Below, one piece after another: positions 1 through 9,713 of a stretch of DNA of 64,000 bases (within the stretch, counting starts at the first letter, position 1; each line of letters opens with the position of its first letter). Below the pieces are notes generated by a model. The model did no database searches. It had not been told where the DNA came from and saw only the letters and a program-made list of their open reading frames with translations. The position numbers and the translations under genes were made by a program. The DNA is from an uncultured Bdellovibrionales bacterium (GTDB lineage: Bacteria; Patescibacteriota; Minisyncoccia; Moranbacterales; DUUL01): positions 27,776 to 91,775 of the forward strand of contig CAZDHE010000001.1 of assembly GCA_964505305.1 (NCBI GenBank). Reading direction: 5' to 3'.

Positions 1-291
1 GATATGATCGAAGTGGCCATGAGTTATAAATACTCCCCTGATTTTTTTCTTGTTTTTCTTTAAGTAATCGATATTGGGGATAATATAGTCAATGCCCATC
101 ATTTTTTCCTCCGGGAACATTAAACCGCAATCCACAATAATAATATCATTGCCGTATTCAAATACGGTCATATTTCTGCCGATTTCCTCCAAGCCTCCCA
201 AGGGAATAATCCTTAGTTTCTTGGCGGCTTGTCCATCGGTGTTTTTCTTGGCGGCTTGTTTATTATTGTTGCCGCTTTTCTTTTCTGTCAT
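1..291 (-). CDS. rnj: Ribonuclease J, N-terminal part (gene continues beyond left window edge)
   Basis: Own translation of the reverse strand from ATG at 291-289: MTEKKSGNNNKQAAKK..LRIIPLGGLEEIGRNMTVFEYGNDIIIVDCGLMFPEE..RGVFITHGHFDHI. It has the metallo-beta-lactamase HxHxDH motif and an RNase J-type N-terminus. It is absent from the ORF track because it is open-ended. ORF 92..301(+) is its antisense shadow. Confidence 0.8.
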   Translation of the reverse strand, partial: MTEKKSGNNNKQAAKKNTDGQAAKKLRIIPLGGLEEIGRNMTVFEYGNDIIIVDCGLMFPEEKMMGIDYIIPNIDYLKKNKKKIRGVFITHGHFDHI

Positions 292-673
292 AATTTATTA
301 ATTCAATTATTAGATTTATTGCAAAAATAGGCTCAATTAAAAACAGCAGTCTTTTTTTGAAAATTTTTGCATTTAAATTGTTTAAAAACTGGCAATAAAG
401 CTTTTTCTTTTAAAGCAAAGCTTAATGCTATAGAAATTTCTATATGGTCTTGCTATTAAAGATACTTTTAAATTAAACCAATTTTTATAAAATTTTAGTT
501 TATGAAGATCGATTCTTAGTAATTTAAAAACCGAATTAAACCAAATCTTTACAAGCAAAGAATGTTTGCAAAGATTTAGTTTAATCTTAAAACCGGTTTA
601 TTCAAAATTTTGCAAAACCTTGTTTTAAATTAATCTTTTGTTCAATTTGTCTTTAATCGGGCGCCTCAATTTT

Positions 674-1657
674 TTAAGAAAGTTTCTTTTTGAACTCCTC
701 CACCATTTCCACCGGAGTAGGATCTTGATTGTATTCCAAAGCCAGGTAGTAGGATAACCAATCACCTAAAACCAGTGAATAGAGAATTTTTTCCAAATAA
801 TCCTCTCCCATAATGGGAATAATTTCGGTTGTAATCCCTTTTGCTTGATAAAGTTTGGAAGTCAACTCCATTCTTTCCTTAACTCTTTCTTCATCTGCGG
901 AGTCTTTTAAGATAAAAACAATGTAATCGTTTTTTGGCAAGGAAAAACCAAGCATTTCATTATGATTCAACTCCGGAAAATAGTTCCAAAAAGCCGGCGA
1001 CTTGGAATTTTCATTTATTTTAATTTTCCAATTTCGCGCCACTGTCTTAAATTGACTAGAGGAATAGATAACCGGAATTTTATTTTTAGCTTTTTTAGCC
1101 AATTCTTCACCCAAAACTTCTGTTTTGCGAGAATCTATTTTTGGAAACCTATTTATTGTATCAGAAAGTTTTAAGTTTGTCAATACTTTATGCATGGCGG
1201 CAAAAGCGTAAGTGTTGGCATAGCGAGGCTGAAAATGGGGAAAATCTATTTTGTATTTAACATGCGGGATTTTGTTTTCCTTGGCGATTTTCTCCACTTC
1301 TCCTCCCTCGGAGAAAGCCACAATGGAAGCTTTTGTTTTTAAAGCTTGCCGAAAGCAAGAAATTGTTTCTTCCGTATTTCCGGAGTAGGAGGATATGAAA
1401 ATTAAAGAATCTTGATTTGCTTGAGGGGGCAGACTATAATCCCTTACTATTGAAATGGGCAAAGAAAAAGTCTTTTCCCGGTGGTTTAGGTAGGAGGATA
1501 AAAGATCTGCCGGCAAAGCGGACCCGCCCATTCCGCAAATTATTAAATTAGTAAAATTATCCTTTTTTACCGGTTTTATTTTTTCAGCAAATTTTTTACC
1601 TACTTGTAATTGATTGGGATATTCCAAAATGATTTGGCGTAAGTTATATTTATCCAT
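674..1657 (-). CDS. Bifunctional phosphoglucose/phosphomannose isomerase family protein (SIS domain)
   Basis: 327 aa. Contains the SIS-type motif NLIICGMGGSALPADLL. Length and C-terminal region resemble archaeal/bacterial PGI/PMI proteins. Confidence 0.75.
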   Translation of the reverse strand: MDKYNLRQIILEYPNQLQVGKKFAEKIKPVKKDNFTNLIICGMGGSALPADLLSSYLNHREKTFSLPISIVRDYSLPPQANQDSLIFISSYSGNTEETISCFRQALKTKASIVAFSEGGEVEKIAKENKIPHVKYKIDFPHFQPRYANTYAFAAMHKVLTNLKLSDTINRFPKIDSRKTEVLGEELAKKAKNKIPVIYSSSQFKTVARNWKIKINENSKSPAFWNYFPELNHNEMLGFSLPKNDYIVFILKDSADEERVKERMELTSKLYQAKGITTEIIPIMGEDYLEKILYSLVLGDWLSYYLALEYNQDPTPVEMVEEFKKKLS

Positions 1658-1729
1658 ATTTTGTTATTAGCAATTAAATTTTTAAAATAATTTACTTTGC
1701 GCTTAAGTTTAAAAATTAATTTGACGCTT

Positions 1730-3502
1730 TTATTTTTTCACTCTTTTAGTGTTTATATACCATTGGTTTGCTTGTTGAAATCTATGGGCCGGGTTGGTTA
1801 TGAAGTTTGTTTCCAGTCCTTTTATTTTGTCATTTAAAATGTAAACATAATTAGCGCTAAACAGGAAGGTGGCGGGAACTTCTTTAGCCATCTCTTTTTC
1901 AAATTCTTGATATTTTTCTTGCCTGTTTTCCGTGGAAGCTAATTTTCTTGCTTCTTCTAAAATTTCATCCACTTCTTCTTCGTCAAAGAGAGACAAATTT
2001 TTCCCGGGATCATTTTTTTCCGAAGAGTGCCAGAAATGATAGGGATCCGGATCATTTCCCGAATACTCCTGTCCGAAAAGCAGTGATTCGTAGTCTCTGG
2101 TTTTTATGTAATTTTGCTGAATGTCATTTATTTCCAAGGAGTTTATTTCTACTTTAGCGCCTATATCTTCCCAGCGTTTTTTAATTATTTGAGCAGTCTT
2201 ATCCAGAGTTTCCCAGTTGGCGCAGGTTAATTCAATTTTTAATTCTTGGTCATCTTTTTTCCTGATTCCGTCGTCTTGCTTTTCCCATCCGGCTTCGTCG
2301 AGAACTTCCCGAGCCTTTTCAACATTATAGGAGTATTTTTCTATATTATCCGGTGTGGAAGAAAAAGCTCCAAAAGAATTTAAAATAGGTGAATAAACCT
2401 TCTCTGCATGGCCGTGGAAAACTTCTTTTATAAGCGATTCTCTGTCTATGGAATAAGAAAGAGCTTTTCTTACATTTTCGTCAGATAAGGGTTTTGAATT
2501 GGTTTGGTTGTAAAAAACCGCAAAATAACGAGGAATTCTAAAAGATTTAACGTTGGTATTTTCGCTGTTTTCAAAAGAAGAAAGTTTGTTGTAGGAAAAA
2601 GGACCAAAGCCACTTATCTCTCTTTTATTATAAGCTTGGAACAGCTCTTCTTCCGAGGTGTAGAAATTAAAATTGATCTTTTCTAAATAAGGGGTTTTTT
2701 CATGGTAATTATCGTTAGAAACCAGCTGATAGGAAATAATATTGTCTTGTTCATCTTTTTCCATTTCCGAAAACTCAAAAGGACCCGATCCAACTGGCTT
2801 TAGATTAAACTCGCTTGTTAGGAAATTACTTGAAGAGACACTTTTGAAGATATGTTTTGGTAAAATACCAAAGGTTAGTTTATTTAAAAAAGGACTGTAA
2901 GGCTCCTGCAGGGTAAATTTAATTTTATGCTCATCTTCAATTTCAGCTTCCACGTCTTGAAAATCTCCTCTTAGAGTGCTTTTAAATTGAGGATTTTTTA
3001 TTAAATTTACTGTGAAATAAATGTCTTCAGAGGTTAACTTCTCTCCGTCGTGCCATTTGACGTCTTCTTTTAGATTTAGCGTATAAGTTTTTCTGTCTTC
3101 TGAAATCTCGTAGTTTTTCACCAAGTCTTCTTTTATCTTGGCATTTTCATCGTATTTAAACAAAGAAGAAAATACCAGGCCGCTTATAGTGGCGTCGACT
3201 TCATTGGCTTGGCTCAAGAGAGGGTTTATATAAACAGGCTTTCCGGTTATTCCTTCCGTGTATTCTCCGCCGGAAGCGGGAATCTCCTTGGTAGAGGAAA
3301 AATAATAATAGACAGACCATCCGGCTAAACCTGAGACAAGCAGAAAAATAGCAAAATAAAGGGCTAATTTTTCTTTTTTGTCAAATATTTTAGCCAAGGT
3401 AATTTTTCGAGACGCTTTATGGTGATGCTCTGCTTGGCCTGTTTGAGTCTTATTTGATTTAAAATCTGAATTTAAAGAAGAATTATTCTTTTTTTCTCTC
3501 AT
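1730..3502 (-). CDS. Membrane-anchored ABC-type peptide/nickel substrate-binding protein (SBP family 5)
   Basis: 590 aa with an N-terminal TM helix, then a family-5 solute-binding-like sequence (GGEYTEG..PVYINPLL, DVKWHDGEKLTSEDIYFT). No permease or ATPase genes are adjacent. Confidence 0.7.
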   Translation of the reverse strand: MREKKNNSSLNSDFKSNKTQTGQAEHHHKASRKITLAKIFDKKEKLALYFAIFLLVSGLAGWSVYYYFSSTKEIPASGGEYTEGITGKPVYINPLLSQANEVDATISGLVFSSLFKYDENAKIKEDLVKNYEISEDRKTYTLNLKEDVKWHDGEKLTSEDIYFTVNLIKNPQFKSTLRGDFQDVEAEIEDEHKIKFTLQEPYSPFLNKLTFGILPKHIFKSVSSSNFLTSEFNLKPVGSGPFEFSEMEKDEQDNIISYQLVSNDNYHEKTPYLEKINFNFYTSEEELFQAYNKREISGFGPFSYNKLSSFENSENTNVKSFRIPRYFAVFYNQTNSKPLSDENVRKALSYSIDRESLIKEVFHGHAEKVYSPILNSFGAFSSTPDNIEKYSYNVEKAREVLDEAGWEKQDDGIRKKDDQELKIELTCANWETLDKTAQIIKKRWEDIGAKVEINSLEINDIQQNYIKTRDYESLLFGQEYSGNDPDPYHFWHSSEKNDPGKNLSLFDEEEVDEILEEARKLASTENRQEKYQEFEKEMAKEVPATFLFSANYVYILNDKIKGLETNFITNPAHRFQQANQWYINTKRVKK

Positions 3503-3506
3503 GTTT

Positions 3507-3740
3507 TTAATTAATGGTTTGAGTGGATAGGATAAGGGATGCCAGGGAATTGAGTATAAATAAAGTTCCCAAAATGGCGGAAACCCAAAAGAGAAACTTC
3601 TCTATCCCTCTCTTGGTGTGGAAGCCGCCGAAGCCGCCTCCGAAAGTTGCTGATAGCCCCGAACCCCTGTTTTGCATTAAAATCGATGTCGCTAAAAGCA
3701 GGGAAATGGCAAGTTGAAAATAAGATAAAAATTGCAACAT
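3507..3740 (-). CDS. secG: Preprotein translocase subunit SecG
   Basis: 77 aa with two TM segments and a glycine-rich loop (QNRGSGLSATFGGGFGGFHTKRG) typical of SecG. Confidence 0.8.
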   Translation of the reverse strand: MLQFLSYFQLAISLLLATSILMQNRGSGLSATFGGGFGGFHTKRGIEKFLFWVSAILGTLFILNSLASLILSTQTIN

Positions 3741-3903
3741 TTTCAGTGTTTAAATTTTAAGAAATACAAAATTATTTATTGAAACAGAATTAATTTTATA
3801 CTTTTTTGAGCTTGCTTTCTAAAAAAGCTAATTCCAATTCACCCAAAAGAAGCATTCTATCAAATTTTAATTCCAGCCTTTAATTTAATTGGTAGATTTA
3901 CAA

Positions 3904-4263
3904 TTATTCTTCTATGAAATAAGAAAGCAAATAGTTTACCAAACTTATTACCAGAACGCCCCAAAAAGCAGCCCAAAATCCTTCAATGGCGAAACTCGGC
4001 AGCAAAAAGGAGACAAAAAACAATAGACTAATGTTGATAATAATTGTAAATAAACCAAAAGTCAAAATTATAAAAGGCAGAGAGAATAAAACCAGGACGG
4101 GTTTTATTAAGACATTTACCACGCCCAACAATGCTCCGCTCAAAAGTAAATTGGGCATATTGATTTCCATGCTAATACCATCAATAAACCGAACTGCGGC
4201 GTAAATAGCCAGAGCATTAGTCAGGGTGTGCAAAACAGCTTTTACTGTTATTTTTTTTATCAT
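3904..4263 (-). CDS. Phage holin family 4_2 / YvlD-like small membrane protein
   Basis: 119 aa polytopic membrane protein. The motif LLGVVNVLIKPVLVLFSLPFIILTFGLFTIIIN matches the family pattern. Confidence 0.6.
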   Translation of the reverse strand: MIKKITVKAVLHTLTNALAIYAAVRFIDGISMEINMPNLLLSGALLGVVNVLIKPVLVLFSLPFIILTFGLFTIIINISLLFFVSFLLPSFAIEGFWAAFWGVLVISLVNYLLSYFIEE

Positions 4264-4314
4264 AGATTGAGTAAAATTTTGCTCACAAATTGGTAATACG
4301 AAAATTTTTTAAAA

Positions 4315-4815
4315 TTATTTTTTTTCAAAAAAGTTTTTATAATTGCTGAGGTTGATAAATTCATCAGCTTCCTCTATCAACTTATGAGAGGAGCTTTCCT
4401 CAAAAGCCATAACTTCAACTCTAACCCCCTTGGTGTATTGCAAGAATTTGACTAGAGGGACATAATCTCCATCTCCGCTAACCAAAACTATTACATCCAA
4501 ATTTCCTGCCAGTTTTATAGCATCGATGGTAATGCCTACGTCCCAATCGCCCTTCTTTGCGCCTCCTTTAAAAATTTGCAATTCCTTGGTCTTGACTTCA
4601 TAGCCGGCTTCCTTTAGGGAGTCAAAAAATTTCTCTTCCAAGCCCCCCTGAGTAGTTATTCCATAGGCTATAGCCCGGATGAGCTTTCTACTGGAAGAAG
4701 AGAACTTTAAAATTTCTTTAAAGTTGGTTTTTTTGCGGTGGATTTCTTTAGCGCTATAGTACATATTTTGTATGTCTATAAGTACACCCACCCTTTGATC
4801 GGGAAATCTGGACAT
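4315..4815 (-). CDS. NYN-domain (LabA/DUF88-like) predicted RNase
   Basis: 166 aa. Has VGVLIDIQNMYY at the N-terminus and VIVLVSGDGDYVPLV later, the typical NYN/LabA acidic motifs. Confidence 0.7.
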   Translation of the reverse strand: MSRFPDQRVGVLIDIQNMYYSAKEIHRKKTNFKEILKFSSSSRKLIRAIAYGITTQGGLEEKFFDSLKEAGYEVKTKELQIFKGGAKKGDWDVGITIDAIKLAGNLDVIVLVSGDGDYVPLVKFLQYTKGVRVEVMAFEESSSHKLIEEADEFINLSNYKNFFEKK

Positions 4816-5081
4816 AATTTATTTTTTAATGTTTTGAAAATATCCTCAAGGAATGCAATGTAGCACCCTTTTCTTTTAATGTAGTTTAGTAATTGGACGC
4901 GAAATTATTTCAATAAGCCTTTAATGAAATTTAGCGATAACGTATAATTGAAATAGCTTTTATGTTCAGTGAAAATTTTTTTGAGTTGTTTTGCTTCCAG
5001 ATTTCGGTAAGCTTTCTTGCCGTTTAAGAGTAGCATAGGTTTTCGCAAAGACTGGACTAAAAAATCAACTCCAAATTAGCC

Positions 5082-5351
5082 TTAGCTTTTGATTTTAAGC
5101 TTCTTGGTTATTTCCAAATATTTTTCCTCGTTTCTTTCTTTGAGGAATTGAAGAAGTTTTTTCCTTTGCTGCACCATTCCCAAAAGGCCCTTGCGAGAGT
5201 GCTTGTCTTTGGGATTTTCTTTTAAGTGGGAGGTTAGATTTTTGATTTTTTCAGTAAATAAAGCAATTTGATACTCAGCTGAACCGCTGTCTTTTTCGTG
5301 GGTTTTATAATTCTTGGTTACCCGTTGCTTTTTTTGCTTGTCTAATGTCAT
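5082..5351 (-). CDS. rpsO: 30S ribosomal protein S15
   Basis: 89 aa. Contains GSAEYQIALFTEKIKNLTSHLKENPKDKHSRKGLLGMVQQRKKLLQFL, a canonical S15 sequence. Confidence 0.95.
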   Translation of the reverse strand: MTLDKQKKQRVTKNYKTHEKDSGSAEYQIALFTEKIKNLTSHLKENPKDKHSRKGLLGMVQQRKKLLQFLKERNEEKYLEITKKLKIKS

Positions 5352-5535
5352 AATCTCTTCACCGCCTCGCCGGATTTGATTCGCAAATTCGCTACGAGGA
5401 AGCTTGATGGTTAAGTTATTAAATTTTTTTAAGATTCAGGCATTTCTTGTTAAATTGCCTCAAACCTTCCTACGTATTAAAGTAACACAAAGAAATAAAT
5501 TTAGCAATAGTTTAAATAATTTGAATTACTAAATA

Positions 5536-5561
5536 TGATTACAAGGATTGATTACAAGGAT
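5536..5561. repeat. Perfect tandem duplication of the 13-mer TGATTACAAGGAT
   Basis: TGATTACAAGGAT occurs at 5536-5548 and again at 5549-5561. This is 68-93 nt upstream of the LigD-PE start codon. Confidence 0.9.
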
Positions 5562-5628
5562 AATGAAATTCTAATATAAACTATTCGAAAGGTTTTGCAT
5601 CTTCTTATTTTATGTTACACTAAAAATA

Positions 5629-6117
5629 ATGAATCTGGCAAGCTATAAAGACAAAAGAGATTTTAGTTCTACGATTGAACCGGAAGGCGGGAGGCGTAGT
5701 TCTTCCGGAAATCGGTTTGTGGTTCAGAAGCATCGAGCTTCTCGTTTACATTTTGATTTTAGGTTGGAGATGGAGGATGAACAATCTAAAGAAGTAGTGC
5801 TTAAATCTTGGGCTATACCTAAAAATGTTCCCGTTCAAGGCGGGATAAAACATTTGGCTATTCAAACAGAAGATCATCCGGTGGAATATTTGGATTTTGA
5901 AGGCAAAATTCCGGAAGGCAATTATGGAGCCGGGGAAGTGGAAATTTGGGACAAAGGAAAATGGGGATTAATGAAGGGTTCTTTTGGGGAAGAAATGTTG
6001 AAATTTAATCTATTTGGAGATAAATTAAAAGGGAGATATATTATGATAAAAACCAAGAAATATGGGAGCGGTAAAAAAGAAAATGATAAATATTGGCTAA
6101 TATGGAAAAAAGAATAG
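5629..6117 (+). CDS. Stand-alone DNA ligase D 3'-phosphoesterase (PE) domain protein
   Basis: 162 aa. Contains RFVVQKHRASRLHFDFRLE, LKSWAIPKNVP, QTEDHPVEYLDFEGKIPEGNYGAGEVEIWDKG, the hallmark LigD-PE motifs. No Ku or ligase gene is in the window. Confidence 0.85.
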   Translation: MNLASYKDKRDFSSTIEPEGGRRSSSGNRFVVQKHRASRLHFDFRLEMEDEQSKEVVLKSWAIPKNVPVQGGIKHLAIQTEDHPVEYLDFEGKIPEGNYGAGEVEIWDKGKWGLMKGSFGEEMLKFNLFGDKLKGRYIMIKTKKYGSGKKENDKYWLIWKKE

Positions 6118-6266
6118 CCGAATAAGAGGTTTTTATCGATCATAACAGCTAAGCAAATTAAATATTTTTTGATTTAAGGCCGGTCCGGGATGTTTGATTA
6201 TGAATACTTAAGATCTCGGAAGAGAGACTGTTAACTTTTACTGGTTTTAGAATAAATTTTTAAAAA

Positions 6267-8633
6267 ATGACAAAACAAGAGAATAAAAAAAACAGAGAAA
6301 AAGATGACAAAGATAAAACAATTTCCAAGGAAGTGTCTCTGCTAAATATTGATGCTAAGAAAAGCATAACTTCGGTTTTACTTGTTATTGTGGCTTTGAT
6401 TTTTATTTTAAGCTTATTTGATGGTGCCGGAGTGGTGGGCAATTATGTAGATAAAGCTCTTAGAATGGCTTTTGGGTGGGGAAGATTCGCGCTTCCTTTT
6501 TTATTGATAATTTTGGGGGTGGTTTATTTTAGAAAATACCAAAGATACAGATATTATTTGACTACCGCCGGCGCTCTCATTTTTTTTATTTGTTTGTTGA
6601 TACTTTTCCATCGCGTAGCCGGTAATTTGGAAGAGATGAAAGAGGTGGCAAGATCCGGCGAAGGAGGGGGATTTATGGGATTTGCGCTTGCCTATCCTCT
6701 TTTTAAGTATTTCGGCGGATTGGCGGCGGTAATTTTATCAACCGGGTTTTTGTTGATAGGATTTATTTTAACTTTTAATTTTCCTTTAAATAAGTTTTTT
6801 GCCAGTGCTTGCCGTTATTATAAAACCTTTTTTGCCAAAGTAAAAGAAGCAGTTTCTCCGGGAAGAACTGAAGAGGCAGGAACTGAGGATGAATATGATA
6901 AAAAAAGAGAGAGCGCGGAAGAAGGGGCCAACATTAAAGAAGACTCTATAAAATTTGCCGATGAAGAAGATGGAGAGGATGATTATGATGAAGAAAAAAA
7001 GCTCGCAGCTGCAGCTAAAAAAGAGTATTCAAAAAGCGTTTTATCCGAAAACGGTCCGGATTTAAGTCAAAATAGTCTTTCCGAGTGGGATTGGGAATTA
7101 CCTTCGGTAAATCTCCTTGAAAAACCTAAAAAGCGCAAGGATCCGAAGAATTTAGACAAAAAAGCCGAGGCTATCGTGAGAACGCTGGAAGAATTTGGAA
7201 TAAAGGTTCACTACAAGGGTTATAACTTAGGTCCCTCAGTGGTTCAATATACTTTTGAGCCGGCTAGCGGAATCAAGCTTAGCCGCATTCTTTCTTACCA
7301 GGATGATTTGGCTTTAAGCTTAGCCTCTCCTTCTGTGAGAATAGAAGCTCCTATTGCGGGAAGATCTTTAATCGGGGTGGAAGTACCCCTGCCGTCTGAA
7401 AACTGCGCAGAAGTTAGAGTGAGAGATTCTATTGAGGATAGGGAGTTCCAAGAGCTTGATTCTAATTTGGGTATAATTTTAGGTGAAGATGTTTATGGAG
7501 AAAGAGTTTTCGCGGATATAAAAGACATGCCCCACCTAATGGTAGCCGGAGCTACCGGGATGGGGAAAAGCGTTTGCGTGAATACTATCTTGACATCCCT
7601 TTTATATCAAAATACGCCGGAGGATCTTAAGTTAGTCTTGATTGATCCTAAAAGAGTGGAATTGAATCTTTACAGCGGAATCCCGCATTTGATGGGTTCT
7701 GTTATTACTAATATGTCTGAAGTAGTGAATGCTTTAGGCTGGGCTATTAACGTGATGGATCAGAGGTATGAAATTATGGAAGAAGTTGGAGCTCGAGACT
7801 TGGAGGCTTATAATAATAAGTTCAAAAGAGGCAAAAAAAGGCAAGTTAAAGACCCGGAAACGGGAGAATATTATTACGAAGATCTTCAAAAGCTGCCTTG
7901 CGTAGTTATTATTATTGATGAGCTTAATGATTTAATGGCGGTTCATAAGAAAGAAGTGGAAGGAATGATTGTTCGTTTGGCTCAGAAATCCAGGGCTGTG
8001 GGTATACATCTTATCCTCTCTACCCAAAAGCCAAGCGCGGATGTTATTACCAGTCATATAAAAGCCAATATTCCGGCTAGAATTGCTTTAAAGGTTCTTT
8101 CTCAAGTTCATTCCAGGGTAATTTTGGATAGGGCGGGAGCTGAAAAGCTTTTAGGAAAGGGGGATATGCTTTTCGTGGGTAGTGACGGCAATTATATGAG
8201 GCGTATTCAAGGAGCTTTTGTTTCTACAGAAGAAACGGAAAAACTTGTTTCTTTTTGGAAAAAAAGCGCTAAAAAGAGAGGTTACATTAAAAGAGATAAT
8301 GAAATGGAGAAAAATTTTGAAAAAGAAAGAAAGAAGCCGGTTGAAAAATCCGGGGGTGTAGAGGGTGGTGAAGATCTGGATGATTTATTTGATGAAGTCA
8401 AAGAAACGGTTATCAGTACAGGAAAAGCTTCCACCTCTTTTATTCAATCCAAGTTTTCTATCGGGTATCAAAGGGCTAATAGAATTATGATGCAATTGGA
8501 GGAAAACGGAGTTGTGGGTCCTGCTCGAGGTTCCAAACCCAGAGAGATATTGCTTGGCGGAGTGGATGAAACAAGCTCGGGAAGCTATGAAGATCCGCGG
8601 AACGATGATGGCGAGGTGGGTGATAATTATTGA
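6267..8633 (+). CDS. ftsK: DNA translocase FtsK/SpoIIIE
   Basis: 788 aa. N-terminal TM segments, acidic linker, Walker A (GATGMGKSV), the DELNDLM motif and a C-terminal winged-helix gamma domain (SFIQSKFSIGYQRANRIMMQLEENGVVG). Confidence 0.9.
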   Translation: MTKQENKKNREKDDKDKTISKEVSLLNIDAKKSITSVLLVIVALIFILSLFDGAGVVGNYVDKALRMAFGWGRFALPFLLIILGVVYFRKYQRYRYYLTTAGALIFFICLLILFHRVAGNLEEMKEVARSGEGGGFMGFALAYPLFKYFGGLAAVILSTGFLLIGFILTFNFPLNKFFASACRYYKTFFAKVKEAVSPGRTEEAGTEDEYDKKRESAEEGANIKEDSIKFADEEDGEDDYDEEKKLAAAAKKEYSKSVLSENGPDLSQNSLSEWDWELPSVNLLEKPKKRKDPKNLDKKAEAIVRTLEEFGIKVHYKGYNLGPSVVQYTFEPASGIKLSRILSYQDDLALSLASPSVRIEAPIAGRSLIGVEVPLPSENCAEVRVRDSIEDREFQELDSNLGIILGEDVYGERVFADIKDMPHLMVAGATGMGKSVCVNTILTSLLYQNTPEDLKLVLIDPKRVELNLYSGIPHLMGSVITNMSEVVNALGWAINVMDQRYEIMEEVGARDLEAYNNKFKRGKKRQVKDPETGEYYYEDLQKLPCVVIIIDELNDLMAVHKKEVEGMIVRLAQKSRAVGIHLILSTQKPSADVITSHIKANIPARIALKVLSQVHSRVILDRAGAEKLLGKGDMLFVGSDGNYMRRIQGAFVSTEETEKLVSFWKKSAKKRGYIKRDNEMEKNFEKERKKPVEKSGGVEGGEDLDDLFDEVKETVISTGKASTSFIQSKFSIGYQRANRIMMQLEENGVVGPARGSKPREILLGGVDETSSGSYEDPRNDDGEVGDNY

Positions 8634-8819
8634 AATAGAGAAGAGGCGAAACAGTAGTAAGTAGTAACGAAACAGAAGTAAATAGTGAGTGAGTATTAAA
8701 AAAGAAAAAACAAGAGCGTTTTCTTTGGGAGTATTTAAATAATAATATTGCTTAATTCTTTGCAAAAACAGTTATTAATGTTAAAGTAAAAGCGAAATCA
8801 TTAAAATTAAATCAAAAAA

Positions 8820-9140
8820 ATGAAAAATCAAGAAAAAGAATCTAATTCTCGGTGGGCGAACTTTCTTTTAGCTTTTCTGGATGGATTTATCAAGAAACTT
8901 TCCTTGAATGTTGTTTTTAACGTAAAGAAACAAGTGGACGAATTCGTATTTAAAATTAAGAGCGGTTTTTTGATAGCAGTTTTCTTGTTGGCGGGGTTAA
9001 TTTTCTTGTTGGGAGGCATGGTGGTTTTATTAAATGATGCACTGAATTTATTTCCCGGCGATGGATATTTTTTAATGGGAGTGCTTAGTATCTTTATTGC
9101 CGCGTTAATTGGGTTAATGAGTAAGGTGGCCCGCAGATAA
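8820..9140 (+). CDS. Small membrane protein (YqjE/DUF1469-like, tentative)
   Basis: 106 aa with two hydrophobic helices. It sits directly upstream of a DUF883-like gene, a common pairing. Assigned by pattern only. Confidence 0.4.
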   Translation: MKNQEKESNSRWANFLLAFLDGFIKKLSLNVVFNVKKQVDEFVFKIKSGFLIAVFLLAGLIFLLGGMVVLLNDALNLFPGDGYFLMGVLSIFIAALIGLMSKVARR

Positions 9141-9176
9141 GGAGAAAGCTTTAAAGTAAAATCGCTTTGTTTAAAG

Positions 9177-9440
9177 ATGTTTTTAAAAATTAATAATAAT
9201 TATATGGAGACCAAAGATGTGAAAAAAAAGTGGGAAAACCACAAGAAAAGAGCCGAAGAAGAGGCTCAAAAAGTGAAGGAGCATATGCAGGATGCTACTA
9301 AAAAAACCCAGGATTATATCAAAGAAAATCCTGAAAAAGCAGCTATGATATCTGCCGGCATCGGAGCTGCCGTAGGAGTTGCTATGGCCGCTTTAATGGG
9401 TCATAAAAAAAGAAATAAGGATAAGCAAGACAAAAAGTAG
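9177..9440 (+). CDS. YqjD/ElaB (DUF883)-like tail-anchored stress protein (tentative)
   Basis: 87 aa. Charged helical N-terminus and a C-terminal TM helix (AAMISAGIGAAVGVAMAALMG). The true start may be the internal ATG at 9204. Confidence 0.45.
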   Translation: MFLKINNNYMETKDVKKKWENHKKRAEEEAQKVKEHMQDATKKTQDYIKENPEKAAMISAGIGAAVGVAMAALMGHKKRNKDKQDKK

Positions 9441-9713
9441 TAAGTTTTCAAGAACTTTTTAGAAAACGAAATACCCTTTCGGGGAGTTTGGGTGGTTTTT
9501 TCCAGAAATAGATGTTTTTGTTCCTGTTAAAGATGGGCAATATTTATTTGTTTAATTTTTTGGTTTCAGAAAAATTAATTTAATGAAAAATGATTTTAAT
9601 CAGCGCTTTTTAAATTAAATTTGAAGGAATGTTTTTGTTTTCGGGGTGTTTTGGGCTTAAAGCGAGGAACGGTTATGAAATATTTATTCGCTGTTTTCCA
9701 TTGTCTTTGCCTG

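Noticed and set aside
92-301. ORF 92..301(+), 69 aa.
   Set aside because: It is the antisense shadow of the RNase J N-terminus, which gives a far better translation on the minus strand. Its peptide is low-complexity and hydrophobic.
8647-8688. Tandem 21-nt imperfect duplication (CGAAACAGTAGTAAGTAGTAA / CGAAACAGAAGTAAATAGTGA) just after ftsK.
   Set aside because: There are only two copies with three mismatches, in an intergenic purine-rich stretch. It is most simply a slippage duplication with no further supporting signal.
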